Origin: Porphyridium purpureum
Lineage: Eukaryota
Assembly (NCBI GenBank): GCA_008690995.1
Contig: VRMN01000001.1
Coordinates: forward strand, 1,302,001-1,366,000
DNA: 64,000 bases
Direction of reading: 5' to 3'
The notes under the pieces are model-generated. The model was not told where the DNA came from, ran no database searches, and worked only from the letters and a program-made list of their open reading frames with translations. This document shows positions 19,701 through 30,053 of this stretch, one piece after another; the first letter of the stretch is position 1; each line of letters starts with the position of its first letter. The translations under genes and the position numbers were made by a program.

Positions 19701-22700
19701 TCACTCCGAAGGTTTGGCCGGAGAACTCTCTTCGTCTGTCTTTCGCAACTCGCGTGGCTCGCTCAGATCATCGTCATCCAATGTGGCAAACTTGCGCACC
19801 TCGTCAAAGTCTAAGTTCTGCCGTGGTCTACCTGAGAGGCGGCGAGGCTTTTGAGGAGACGGCTGGGCTTCTGACTCTCGCGCAGGCAAATCGCCGTCAG
19901 CTTTGGTCTCGGATCCGGGTAGACGTGATGTTCCCGGTCGCCGTGATAAAGAAGGTCCAAGATCGAAGCCACCAACATCAAAGCCCTCATCCTGCCGTGC
20001 TTTGAACGGCAAATCGTCCTCTGCAGCCTCGTTTTCCAGTTTCTCGGCCCATTCCCATGACTCTGAATTACCCTCTGACTCAGTCTTGGTCACATCTCTG
20101 TCATCCTGATTAGAAACCTCCTCCCAAGGATTCTTCTCACTACCGGGCTCGCTCCATTCGCGCTGTTGAGCGCTTGAAAGTCCTTCTGCGTCGTTGAGCT
20201 CAATGCGAAAAGTCCCTTCCTGCATAGTCGGCCGCACTTCCTCTTCCTGATCCTCTTCCTGATCCTCTTCATTGTCACTCAAAAAGACCCACTCAGTCGA
20301 CCACGGCGACGAACTGTCGAAAAGGGAATCATCAGAGTCACTTTCTGAATCCTCGATCTCCAGGAGGTCAAGCTGCTGAAATGTGAGCAAACGCGCCGCC
20401 TCATCTGCACGACGACTGCGGACTGTTACTGTCGGAACAGATTCCGGGTCGTCACTGCTTCCGCCTTCATCATCGTCATCCGTATCAAGTGCAGTCAACG
20501 CACTGTCCAGGAAGGCACCTTCTTGATCTGCCTCCGCGTCGTCGTCCAAAACCTGTCGCGTAATGCCGGCGTCTTGCCACTGCACCAGCTCATCTGTAAA
20601 GTCTGGAGCCGTGCTTGGCATCAGCTCTGGACCTAACAAGAGCTTACGCTTCAGGGATTCTCTATCGATACGGACGCTTGCCGAGACATTGTCAGCTGAT
20701 TGGCTTTCCAAGCTTCTGGGTAACTTTGTCTTGATCAGTTTGAGGGATGCAAGCTGATACTCTGGCTTTTGAAATTCAAGCGTATCAACCTCAAGTCGAA
20801 GTGCCCGAAGGAGTTCTTCTTCGCTTTCTGTGTACGACGGCCATAAATCCTCTTCCTTCGTTCCGACAAGGTACAGAGATGTTGGATCTTCTTGCTCAAT
20901 AGGGATGAGAGAACCTTGCTCAAGAAAGTCTCCCAGCACACCGCCGTTTTCAAGCGCTGCCATCACCATGGCTGAGTCCGGCAACTCGCTGCTCCCGATC
21001 CCCGGACTTTGTTCAAATCCGTCCACCTCGCCATACTCAACATCCCAAAACTTTGTTGGGTCTCTTTCTTCCAAAATGCTGGATGGAAACGCAGCTTGGT
21101 CACTGCGAAGATCACCAATGGCCGCGGAGTCCTGGCCCTCCTCCGAATCCGCACTTGACTTTGAACCTGATTTGGTCCGCAGTCTCACTCCTCGGTCGCA
21201 AAGAGATTCAAACAACTCATCGTTCAGGCAGCGCCAAGGGATGACATCTTCGGCCAACAGCGCCTCCATAGTGGGCTGAAGCTCATCACTGATGTCATGC
21301 GACTTGTTCAAAGCGAGAGGAGACGCAAGAAGCGAGTCAAAGTCGTACGAAAACCGAGCTACAGCGTTGCGTGAACGCATGGACGTATCTTGCGACCAAC
21401 CGCGAAGCTCAAAGCAGTCTTCGTTATGAAGGTCAAAAGTGACTGCATCAGTCTTGAAAATCCGGATCGGCCATTCCTTCAACGCGCCGAGCAGCTCAAC
21501 GACCGTAAAACCCATGGCACCCCCGGGTATTCTTCGCCAGTCGAGGACGGTGGACAAGGCACGGAAGCATTCGGCATCCATAAGGGCTGTCAGCGAGGCC
21601 GCACATACTCCTATTAAGCACGGCATTCCTCTCTGAAGCAGCTCTCCGATCGCTTCGACTTCTTCTCCGGTTAAAGCATCCAATTCTTGAACAATCAACC
21701 AATCAGGTCTGACACGATCCACAGCCATGAGAATGGCAGAACGGTCGAGGGGCTGATGCTTGTCTTCGGAACGACTGACAATTCTGCGTGGGCCACCCGT
21801 TCCCTGTGAGAGCATAGATTCATCGTACGCCCACATTCCGTCAGTATCCAGGAAAAGAGTCCGTAATGGCACCCGACCTCGCTGCTGGCTTGATTTTTGT
21901 ACTGAGCTGATGGCTTGACGCAACAAAGTGCTCTTTCCTGTACGCTTGGCACCGAAAAGGACCACTAGACTTTTCGTCGCGCGACGATAACCTTCGCGCG
22001 GTTCACTTAGTCCGAGGAGGATGTCCATAATTAATGGCGCAAGTGGTACGTGCGCGTCTGGTGGGAGCTGCAACTGAAAGACCGCATATGCACTTGACTG
22101 GCTGCAAGTCGCAAGAATAGCACTGGACTGAAAAGACACGAGATGGCCTGATCGCTCGTGGGAATAAACGACGCCGCTCGTGCTTGAAACGGAATTTGGA
22201 GACAGTTTCCAGTCGGCCGATTCAGATTGAATGTATTCCCGAGCTCGCTCCACCAAATTACATGCATTCTTGTCTTCATCCGAGCATGTAAATCGGGTTG
22301 TCGTGCCGTCGGACCCTTGAAGAACAACCGTATTCGGAAGCAATATCAGATCCGTTACCCAGGCTCCATGAGTCGGGGATGCTTCTGCCCATTTCCTGAT
22401 TATTGCGCTCACTCGCTCTGGTAAGAGAATCATGATGGGAGCGAGCATGGCTACCCGGCGCACGTCATCATTTTCGGAGCTTTGCTTGCCGGGGCGCGGG
22501 ATTTCTTCGCGAGCATTTTCAAGGTGTCCATACTCGGGTCCGCCGTCTTCCGTAAAGGTCAAAGCATAGACCTTGTTCACTTCCTGCTGCATGGCGTGAA
22601 GAGTAGAAGAATCATCACTGCCGCGCAGCAGCGACGTTTGAGCATATGAATTTAAAAGTTCGTGCACCCGGCCTAATCGCGAGAATGCAGTCCACAAGTT

Positions 22701-24080
22701 TGATGATTCCGCGGCAGACATGCTTGCCATTATCGTGTACGCCAACCGGAATAAATGACACACGCGATACGAGCCCAGCTTGACCATGTTTGGACGGAAT
22801 GGTCTTTGATCCCAGAAGGCCTTCGTGTACCGGTCTGTATCATACGCTTCTTCCAAGATCCCGAAATGCCGCAACAATGCCCGAAGAGACGGCTGCAGCC
22901 CTAACGATTCACGTAGCTTCCCATCTTGTGTTGCAAGACCCGAAAACAGTGCCAGTGTGTCTATGGTATCGACCACTTTGGACCCTCCCAGCAAGGACTG
23001 TAACAGCTTCATATCACGAATTCCCTCATTCACAATCACCATGCGACTTGACGCAAGGTCATGGAACACGCCTTTCAGTACATCCAGAATGCTTTCCTGC
23101 ACACGTGGCTGCTCGGAACGGACGTCAAAAAAGAAAACATGTTCAATCGGGAATTGACCGCCGTGAAACGCAAGCAGGGACGCAATCACGACCACCGATG
23201 GACGTCCATCTGCGCCTTCTTCTACGCGTACGCTGATCATACGTGCGAGTCTGAGGTGTAACGCAGCCAGTCTAGCGTGAGGCTCACTTTGTACAAGCAT
23301 GATATTGCTGCTAGCAATCTGGTTTTCCAGCGGCAAGGACGCAGTCCGACCAGAGCGAAACCGTCTCAGTTTGCGAATATCGTCATCCTCCGCATCTGGT
23401 CCGAGCTCCACGATTAGCTCAGTGTTCACCTGAGGATGTGCTTTCTGGATGAAAGTGGTGGGCATTCCACTCATCCATTCAACAAGCGAAGTGAGGCCCA
23501 CGGGCACAGGAAACCTCTTCTCCAGTTTGGACACCGTAATTGGTCCAGTCACTCGCAGGTAGTCTACGATTCTTGTTCTCAGCGAGGCCATATGCTTCGG
23601 ATTATTTGCATACAGCAAATCCACGCCTGGGCGCTTAAAGGATGAAAACCGTGTTCGTCTCGACTGCCGCTTTGCATCTGGCCCGCGCACACCTGCCTCA
23701 TTCGTGCGTGCATTCACCGGCTGGCCACGTCGTTTGTCTGCACTATACGAGGTCTGGGCTAAAGACGCTACGAGGTCTGTGCGCGCTCTCCTGGATGTGC
23801 GCGCACGCGGTCGATTTGACCGGAGCCCGGCGACGTGCGCAGAGAACGAATTCGAGCCACGCCATCCCACCGAAACGAGATCTCTTGCGTGGCCACCAAC
23901 GTACACCCACGCCCAGCTTCGACTCGGCCGGCTTGGCTTCCGGTGGTCCATGCGCTGGGTCATATTGGATTCACGTATGTTATATTGCGCGTGGATGCGG
24001 CCGGTGTGCTCTCCCCGCGACTGCGACATCAACACGTCTGGTTCAGTCCGTGCCAACCTAATAAGAAGTTCCCTGCGCAT
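19701..24080 (-). CDS. 1459-aa multidomain protein: possible LOTUS/HTH, degenerate DEDDy 3'-5' exonuclease-like domain, ycf45/SpoIIIAA-like P-loop domain, acidic disordered tail
   Basis: VFFFDV...DT...SLRALL...FWDQRP (EXD1-like) and FGAKRTGKSTLLR...LDT...PDWLIVQEL...EEVEA...RG (ycf45-like). The start codon is uncertain. Confidence 0.7.
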   Translation of the reverse strand: MRRELLIRLARTEPDVLMSQSRGEHTGRIHAQYNIRESNMTQRMDHRKPSRPSRSWAWVYVGGHARDLVSVGWRGSNSFSAHVAGLRSNRPRARTSRRARTDLVASLAQTSYSADKRRGQPVNARTNEAGVRGPDAKRQSRRTRFSSFKRPGVDLLYANNPKHMASLRTRIVDYLRVTGPITVSKLEKRFPVPVGLTSLVEWMSGMPTTFIQKAHPQVNTELIVELGPDAEDDDIRKLRRFRSGRTASLPLENQIASSNIMLVQSEPHARLAALHLRLARMISVRVEEGADGRPSVVVIASLLAFHGGQFPIEHVFFFDVRSEQPRVQESILDVLKGVFHDLASSRMVIVNEGIRDMKLLQSLLGGSKVVDTIDTLALFSGLATQDGKLRESLGLQPSLRALLRHFGILEEAYDTDRYTKAFWDQRPFRPNMVKLGSYRVCHLFRLAYTIMASMSAAESSNLWTAFSRLGRVHELLNSYAQTSLLRGSDDSSTLHAMQQEVNKVYALTFTEDGGPEYGHLENAREEIPRPGKQSSENDDVRRVAMLAPIMILLPERVSAIIRKWAEASPTHGAWVTDLILLPNTVVLQGSDGTTTRFTCSDEDKNACNLVERAREYIQSESADWKLSPNSVSSTSGVVYSHERSGHLVSFQSSAILATCSQSSAYAVFQLQLPPDAHVPLAPLIMDILLGLSEPREGYRRATKSLVVLFGAKRTGKSTLLRQAISSVQKSSQQRGRVPLRTLFLDTDGMWAYDESMLSQGTGGPRRIVSRSEDKHQPLDRSAILMAVDRVRPDWLIVQELDALTGEEVEAIGELLQRGMPCLIGVCAASLTALMDAECFRALSTVLDWRRIPGGAMGFTVVELLGALKEWPIRIFKTDAVTFDLHNEDCFELRGWSQDTSMRSRNAVARFSYDFDSLLASPLALNKSHDISDELQPTMEALLAEDVIPWRCLNDELFESLCDRGVRLRTKSGSKSSADSEEGQDSAAIGDLRSDQAAFPSSILEERDPTKFWDVEYGEVDGFEQSPGIGSSELPDSAMVMAALENGGVLGDFLEQGSLIPIEQEDPTSLYLVGTKEEDLWPSYTESEEELLRALRLEVDTLEFQKPEYQLASLKLIKTKLPRSLESQSADNVSASVRIDRESLKRKLLLGPELMPSTAPDFTDELVQWQDAGITRQVLDDDAEADQEGAFLDSALTALDTDDDDEGGSSDDPESVPTVTVRSRRADEAARLLTFQQLDLLEIEDSESDSDDSLFDSSSPWSTEWVFLSDNEEDQEEDQEEEVRPTMQEGTFRIELNDAEGLSSAQQREWSEPGSEKNPWEEVSNQDDRDVTKTESEGNSESWEWAEKLENEAAEDDLPFKARQDEGFDVGGFDLGPSLSRRPGTSRLPGSETKADGDLPARESEAQPSPQKPRRLSGRPRQNLDFDEVRKFATLDDDDLSEPRELRKTDEESSPAKPSE

Positions 24081-24694
24081 CTTCTGACGAGAAAGGGTAG
24101 TTTTAGGATGAAATCGAAGAAGGTCGAGCTTTCGGTGACCGGCGCAGGCGTCGAAGCCACCTGAAGCTCCCCGCTCAAACGCGCATGAAAGGGATCACAA
24201 GGCATAGAGTGATGCTTCCGGCGGACGAGTACTTACAGGGAAGGCTATAGGGCTCATATCGCGGAAGCAGGGCATATGTTCAGAACAAAGTAGCTGGATC
24301 AGAATGTGTTCCCGCAAGTCGAAGCTGGCTGCTGGCTGTCACAGTGAACTACGCAGCCTCCTAGAAATGTAGACAGGAGACAGATCCTGGAAGCTACAAA
24401 CTGTCAAGAAAATGCATGCCCGCGCAGAATCTGGGGACGTAAGGAGTTGGCTACAGCCAACATTCTGCACCGTTTTGTGTATTTCATAAGAGGAAGACTG
24501 AGGTCAGAAACACATGCGACGAAATGAACTGGACGAAGTAGAAACAGAAGCACCGGCAGTTGGAGTAGATGCTTCTTCAGATGCAGTAGGTGTTCACGTG
24601 TGACGCCAAGTCAACTGAAATGGTCGTGTATAGTTTGGGGCATACCATAGATACTCGGTCAACAGGAATAAAGGATGCGATTTTGATGCACATA

Positions 24695-26443
24695 CTAATC
24701 AGAGTCAGAGTCAAAAACCATTTTGGTAGCCGAGCCTGCAATGTCATTGCGAGCAAAAGCACCGTACAGATTGTGTTCCTTCTTTTTGGTGACAAGCGCA
24801 TAGCGTTCCGTGATCTCGCTCGGCACGGGCTGGCCCGCTTCGTTCAGGACGTTCACTAGAGCGCCAGCGAGACCCTTCTCGTGGTCTGTAAAAAACGTGT
24901 AACTCAGACCGGCCTTGCTCCCACGCCCCGTTCGCCCAATACGATGCACGTAGTCTTCGATTGTGAGCGGGAAGGTGTAGTTCAGTACGAACTCAACGTC
25001 AGGAATGTCGAGCCCGCGCGCCGCCACATCCGTCGCAATCAGCAGATTCGCGTGGTTGTTTACGAATTGGTCGAGCGCGCGCATGCGATCCGGTTGTGAC
25101 TTGTCGCCATGGATCGATACTACAGAAAAGCCCTTCAAACCAAGATAGTTCTCCACGCGTTCCGCCTCCTTCTTGTAAAGAACAAACACAATACCCTTCT
25201 CCCCCTTGTGCGCTCGCAGAAATTCGCTGAGTTTCGGATTCTTCTGACGCTGGTCATCCAGGACCATGACCTCCTGAGCCACCTGCTTTGACGCAGTCGC
25301 TCGCTCACCAGAGCCACCCACCGAGACATGGACGGTCTCCGAGGGACGTAGGTACTGCTTCGAAAGATCGCGTACCGAATCCGGCCAGGTGGCTGAGAAC
25401 ATCAGCGTTTGCTGCGTCATCTTGTTCTGCTGAACAGCGCCCAGAATGGCCTTGACTTCGCGATCGAATCCAAGATCAAGCATGCGGTCGGCTTCATCGA
25501 GCACGACAAGGCCTACGTCACTCAGCTCCACGCTTCCTTCCTCCATGAAGTCCAGAAGCCGCCCAGGGGTTGCGGTCAGAATGTGGCACTGCTCAGGAAG
25601 CACTTCGCGGAGCTGGTGGTGCTTCGGAATACCGCCCACGACAACGGAGGCTCGCACATTACAGCTCGCACCGGTTTCCTTCAGGACGGAATCAATTTGC
25701 TGAGCAAGTTCACGCGTTGGGGCCAGAATGACCACGAGCGGCGAAATCACCCGCATGGTACGCGCCGATGATGCGCGCTGCACATGCACCGCATTGGTGT
25801 CCAACACATAGCGCATTGCCGGCAGTCCGAATGCGAGCGTTTTCCCTGATCCTGTACGGGCAATGGCGATCAGGTCCTTGCCATCCAGCGCCACAGGCAG
25901 TGCGAGCGCCTGGACTGGCGTGGGAGACGCAAATGCCTGTGTGATCTTGAGCACATGGCCGGGTAACTTCGAGTCTGTGAATGTTTTCAAGGGCGCAAAG
26001 CGTTTGAAAGCGTCTTCAGGCTGCACCGTAATTGTAAATTTTTCCATAAACGCGCGGGCCTCTGCGTCTGTGAAACTTGACTGTGCGTACGCAGCGCTCT
26101 TAGGGGACGCTGCAACGTCGTGCGCGAGCTCGGTCCCACTGTTACTACTCCGCCGCTTGTCACTGCCGGATTTCTCCTTTTTCTTTTTCTCCTTCTTGTC
26201 CTTCTTATCCTTCTTATCCTTCTTGTCCTTCTTGTCCTTCTTGTCCTTCTTGGCCGTGAGGTGCGAGTCTGCACCGTCTATCACCGGCGCTGCGTGCGGT
26301 ACGGCTGATCGGCCATTCGAGAGCTGACCATCCGCACGGCCGTTCTCCAGCTGTCCACCGCTGTCCTTCTTCAGCCCGTTGACTTTCTTCTTCCCATCTA
26401 GTACAGACTCCTCGTCGCTGCGCCGGCGCTTTTTCTCCTTCAT
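24695..26443 (-). CDS. DBP3: DEAD-box RNA helicase, DBP3/RH5-like
   Basis: PTPVQ, ARTGSGKT, PTRELA, TPGRL, DEADRM, SAT, ARGLD, HRIGRTGR, Lys-rich N-terminus, C-terminal KKKEH.LYGAF. Confidence 0.9.
   Translation of the reverse strand: MKEKKRRRSDEESVLDGKKKVNGLKKDSGGQLENGRADGQLSNGRSAVPHAAPVIDGADSHLTAKKDKKDKKDKKDKKDKKDKKEKKKKEKSGSDKRRSSNSGTELAHDVAASPKSAAYAQSSFTDAEARAFMEKFTITVQPEDAFKRFAPLKTFTDSKLPGHVLKITQAFASPTPVQALALPVALDGKDLIAIARTGSGKTLAFGLPAMRYVLDTNAVHVQRASSARTMRVISPLVVILAPTRELAQQIDSVLKETGASCNVRASVVVGGIPKHHQLREVLPEQCHILTATPGRLLDFMEEGSVELSDVGLVVLDEADRMLDLGFDREVKAILGAVQQNKMTQQTLMFSATWPDSVRDLSKQYLRPSETVHVSVGGSGERATASKQVAQEVMVLDDQRQKNPKLSEFLRAHKGEKGIVFVLYKKEAERVENYLGLKGFSVVSIHGDKSQPDRMRALDQFVNNHANLLIATDVAARGLDIPDVEFVLNYTFPLTIEDYVHRIGRTGRGSKAGLSYTFFTDHEKGLAGALVNVLNEAGQPVPSEITERYALVTKKKEHNLYGAFARNDIAGSATKMVFDSDSD
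26178..26250 (-). repeat. 9-bp coding tandem repeat encoding (KKD)n
   Basis: (tccttcttg/a)n on the + strand. Confidence 0.9.
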
Positions 26444-26801
26444 CGCAGCACGACACGCCGCAATCTATGCTCGCACTCAGAATACAAGCGCGCACAACGT
26501 CGTGTCGAACCGCACGTCACCACGCTTCGCGCTTCCCCTCAACACGTCCGGCGCCGCCCCGCACCAAGAAAGGGAAAAAAAAGGTTTAAAAACGGTTTAA
26601 AAAAGATTTAGAAAAACACGCCGAGCGGACTTTACTGTACCTCTAGTACACTAACCGGATGTACAGTTGCGCTGAAGTTGTGCCGCAAATCCGAACGTTG
26701 GAAGAAAACGCATCGCGGTGAAGGGAAAGAGGAGGTGGGGGGGAATGAGGGTGGGAGTGTTGAGGACGGAGTGTGGAGACGTGGCAAACGTGGAAGGAAA
26801 G

Positions 26802-27299
26802 ATGCCGAAGAAAATTCTGTTTGTGGCGGCGTCGGTGCTGGGCGCGTTCCTGGGGGTCCTGTTTGCGTTTGCGGGGTTGATGAAGCTGACACCGCAGTTC
26901 GATCCGGCGACGCACGAGATGATGGTAGCGGGATTTCTCCGGTACGGTGAGATCTGGAAGGTCGAGCGCTTTGGCAAGACGTCTGATGAGTTCCGCGTGT
27001 ATCTGGGCGCCCTGGAGCTGGGCTGCGGCTTGCTGCTTACCCTGCCGCTCCTCAATTCACTCCTGTGGCCCTTCTGTCAGTTTGTCGTGCCGCTTTTGCT
27101 CGTCGTCATCATGGCTGGCGCGACCTACACGCACTATGTTCTCAAGGATCCAGTGGAGGCGCTGATCGTGCCCCCCGTGCTCGGCACGTTGCTGGTGGCC
27201 ATTCTCATCTTGTACACCGCTTCCGCGGCCGTCGCCAACGGCAACGCACCGGTTGCCGCAACCCAAGAAAGCTCAGTCAGCTCTAAAAAGAGAAACTAG
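26802..27299 (+). CDS. TMEM35/NACHO-like (DoxX superfamily) four-TM ER protein
   Basis: LGVLFAFAGLMKLTP...M...F..Y, R..LGALELGCGLLL, GATYTH...DP and a C-terminal KKRN di-lysine motif. Confidence 0.78.
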   Translation: MPKKILFVAASVLGAFLGVLFAFAGLMKLTPQFDPATHEMMVAGFLRYGEIWKVERFGKTSDEFRVYLGALELGCGLLLTLPLLNSLLWPFCQFVVPLLLVVIMAGATYTHYVLKDPVEALIVPPVLGTLLVAILILYTASAAVANGNAPVAATQESSVSSKKRN

Positions 27300-27437
27300 T
27301 GCATTGCCTAAACGCAGCTTAGGCTAGATTTACGCAAGTTTTCTTGATCAGCTTCTATGGCTACCAGTAAAACGACGGGAAGAAGATATCCCGATCGATC
27401 TCGTAATCCTCTCTTGTGGCCACTGATGCAAAGAGCA

Positions 27438-29057
27438 CTAGAGATCATCTTCTGAGGAACGCATTCTTCGATCAAAATCAGCGAACTGGTCTCCTGTTTC
27501 GCTGAGGGCGCGATCTGTCCGGTAGCTGTTCCGACGATCGATGCGACTCGGCTGGATAGAATAGTTTTTCGCACTACGCAACTTGGCGCGCAAATCGCCC
27601 ACATCCGTACCGGAGCCTTCCAGCGCGAATTGGAGGAGCTCACGTCCTTGGCGACGCCACTCATTTCGAGCCTCCACCGCACTATTTTTCCGACCCAGCA
27701 AAAAGTAGCGAATCGCAGGTACACACACAAAGATGAGCGCGTAGAGCCCAAGCAACGGATACAGCCCCTGAATGAACGGCAAGTACTCACGTAGCGACGG
27801 GCTGGCAAGCACGCGCGGGTCGGCAAGCAGCGAACCTAGTTTCAAGATACCAAGAAAGTTGGCGATACCGAGTGCACCGGCCGCGAATTTCTGACCCGCA
27901 GTCGCTAGGCTGAATTGCGTGGGGCGCTCTTCTAGAACGGGAGGAATCTGGTCCATGTATCTGTCCGGGCGTATTCTTTCGACAAGCGTGGCCGTACGCT
28001 GCAGGTCCGGGAACACGTAAATAATCTGGCCGTCTTCTGACACTTCCGGATAGCCGCCAAAACGGGTGAGAACGGGCAGCATAAACTGCTCGGAAACCAG
28101 GCTGCCGCCGGTAGTGAACTGATCTACGTCACTGGGATCCAATAGCGGACGCATTTGTTCCGCAACGACGGCTCCGTCGTTTGCGCGAATAAATTTGGCC
28201 GCCGCCTGCCACCTTTTGTCATCTAACCCGGCATTCGGGTCCCCATCGCCGAACACAAACGAAAACACGCCTTCGAGGAATCCCATTTGCTTCTCGCCTG
28301 TCTCAAAGCGATTATACCGTGTTCGGTACAGGTACGGATCGTACCAGAAGAAGTCATACCACGTAGGGCCATAAAACCGGGGTCCGACGAAAAAGGTTGG
28401 ACCGCCACCGCCACGGTTCCCGCGCCGATCATCGTCATCACTTCTAGATGACTGTGAAAGAATCGTGATAGCTGACACCACGATAGCCAACGACACCAGC
28501 AACGCCAATCCGAATGATACACGCCCGATATATGATAGAAGAGGAGCGGCCTTTCGACCAAAATCGCGAAACCGCGCGAGTAGAGAGCTTCGATTTAGCA
28601 CCGCGCGAACTGCGCGCGGAAATTCGTACAAGATATCACCATCATTCGACACCTCCAGTGTGCATTGCGTCAGTGACGCCAGCTTGACGAGCTCAAGCCT
28701 GGTGGTTGCCAAGTCTAGACCAGACTCTGAGGCCACATCCGCCACAGACACCGCTCTCCCGCGAAACTTGGCCACTGCATCGACTACACGCGTGTCCACA
28801 TCCTCCAGCGCGTTCCCTCTCGGTGTCGCTTCGAGCCTTTCCAGTTCAGGCGCAGGGCCATCATCACCTTGCCGTGCGCGGAGAGGCACACGGGCTACAT
28901 GGGATCTTGCTCTCGAAACATGCAGCGACGAAGCCGAGACCCGTGCTCCGCGCCATGCGCCCGTTTCGGTACGTTCATGCTTTGTGCGGCGCACGCAGTG
29001 CCTATCATACAAACCCAGCCCGCCGGCGGCTTGCAGCAACACGAATGCAGGCCCCAT
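27438..29057 (-). CDS. Conserved plastid membrane protein, At5g03900-like
   Basis: SVADVA..SGL, LEVS.DGDILY.FP, RVSFG.AL, FLE.VFSFVFGDGDPN, P.L.RF.G.PEV...G.IIY.FP.LQ. MGPAFV transit-like start. Confidence 0.8.
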   Translation of the reverse strand: MGPAFVLLQAAGGLGLYDRHCVRRTKHERTETGAWRGARVSASSLHVSRARSHVARVPLRARQGDDGPAPELERLEATPRGNALEDVDTRVVDAVAKFRGRAVSVADVASESGLDLATTRLELVKLASLTQCTLEVSNDGDILYEFPRAVRAVLNRSSLLARFRDFGRKAAPLLSYIGRVSFGLALLVSLAIVVSAITILSQSSRSDDDDRRGNRGGGGPTFFVGPRFYGPTWYDFFWYDPYLYRTRYNRFETGEKQMGFLEGVFSFVFGDGDPNAGLDDKRWQAAAKFIRANDGAVVAEQMRPLLDPSDVDQFTTGGSLVSEQFMLPVLTRFGGYPEVSEDGQIIYVFPDLQRTATLVERIRPDRYMDQIPPVLEERPTQFSLATAGQKFAAGALGIANFLGILKLGSLLADPRVLASPSLREYLPFIQGLYPLLGLYALIFVCVPAIRYFLLGRKNSAVEARNEWRRQGRELLQFALEGSGTDVGDLRAKLRSAKNYSIQPSRIDRRNSYRTDRALSETGDQFADFDRRMRSSEDDL

Positions 29058-30053
29058 TTTGCCCACACACGGAACGCAGAGAGCCTTTCTCTGTTCTAGT
29101 TCCTCGGAGGCTCCTTCCTCTTGCCCACCACACTCCAGGTGAGGAAGAAGAGCCAGCGCGGCATCCATTGATCGGCCGCACTGTACCCTACAACGAGGGT
29201 ACTGTTTTGGAGAACACCGCCAAGACCATTTTGGGAGTCAGGGTTGGGAAAACGTGGTGTGCTCGATGGAATATGAACGCTGTCTCGCCGTACAGACACC
29301 CGTAGCCCGAGCCTGTCTGGTCATTACATTCTTCAGTTGTACGAGGGCAATTTCAAACGTCGTTCACTCCCTTCTGCAAGCCTTTTCGAGAACATCGGGA
29401 TGCCAGCGCGTTCCCACATCACGCTTCTGTCGTTGGATGCGCGGACAGCACGGACCTGTGGTGCAGGATGTGGTCCAACTGACTGCCATAAATTGCCACG
29501 ATTCGCCTGCGCCAGATGACCCAATGTTGAAACGTGATTGCAGCGTGATTGCCTGAATTTCGCGGAGTTTCCCGTCCGGTAGCGCGTCCACCAGATTTCC
29601 CGCAGAGCCCTCCTCGGATCAATGCGTGGTTGCCCTCCGGCGTGCGCTGTCCCACCAGCGCACGTGACCGTGCCGCCAGACGTAACGGAGATCCCGCAAT
29701 CAGCGGCTACTTGTCCGGTTCTCTCAACCCAGACACACGTGCAAACACCGCACAAAGCACACGAGGCGATCAAGTGTACACCCACCGACAAGCCAAACTG
29801 TACCTACCACGTCGATCTGTGCAGTTTGGGAGTGTAAGCCGCTCTGTGGAGAAAGAAAGATTCCGCGCAAACGTGTTCGAAGCGGAATGAGACAGGCACG
29901 CCCCTGGGGCGCGCGTGTGTGTGAGACACAGGGAGAGGACATAAGTGCACTCCCGGCGTGGCAGGATCGACGCGGCAACGTCGACTTGGCGTAGGGACTG
30001 GATGGTATTTTGCAACATCAACGGTGTTCTTGCTGGTTGTTGATCGAGACTGG

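Noticed and set aside
24205..24270. Short inverted repeat gcttccg...cggaagc
   Set aside because: Only 7 bp, which is expected by chance, and there is no other ncRNA hallmark.
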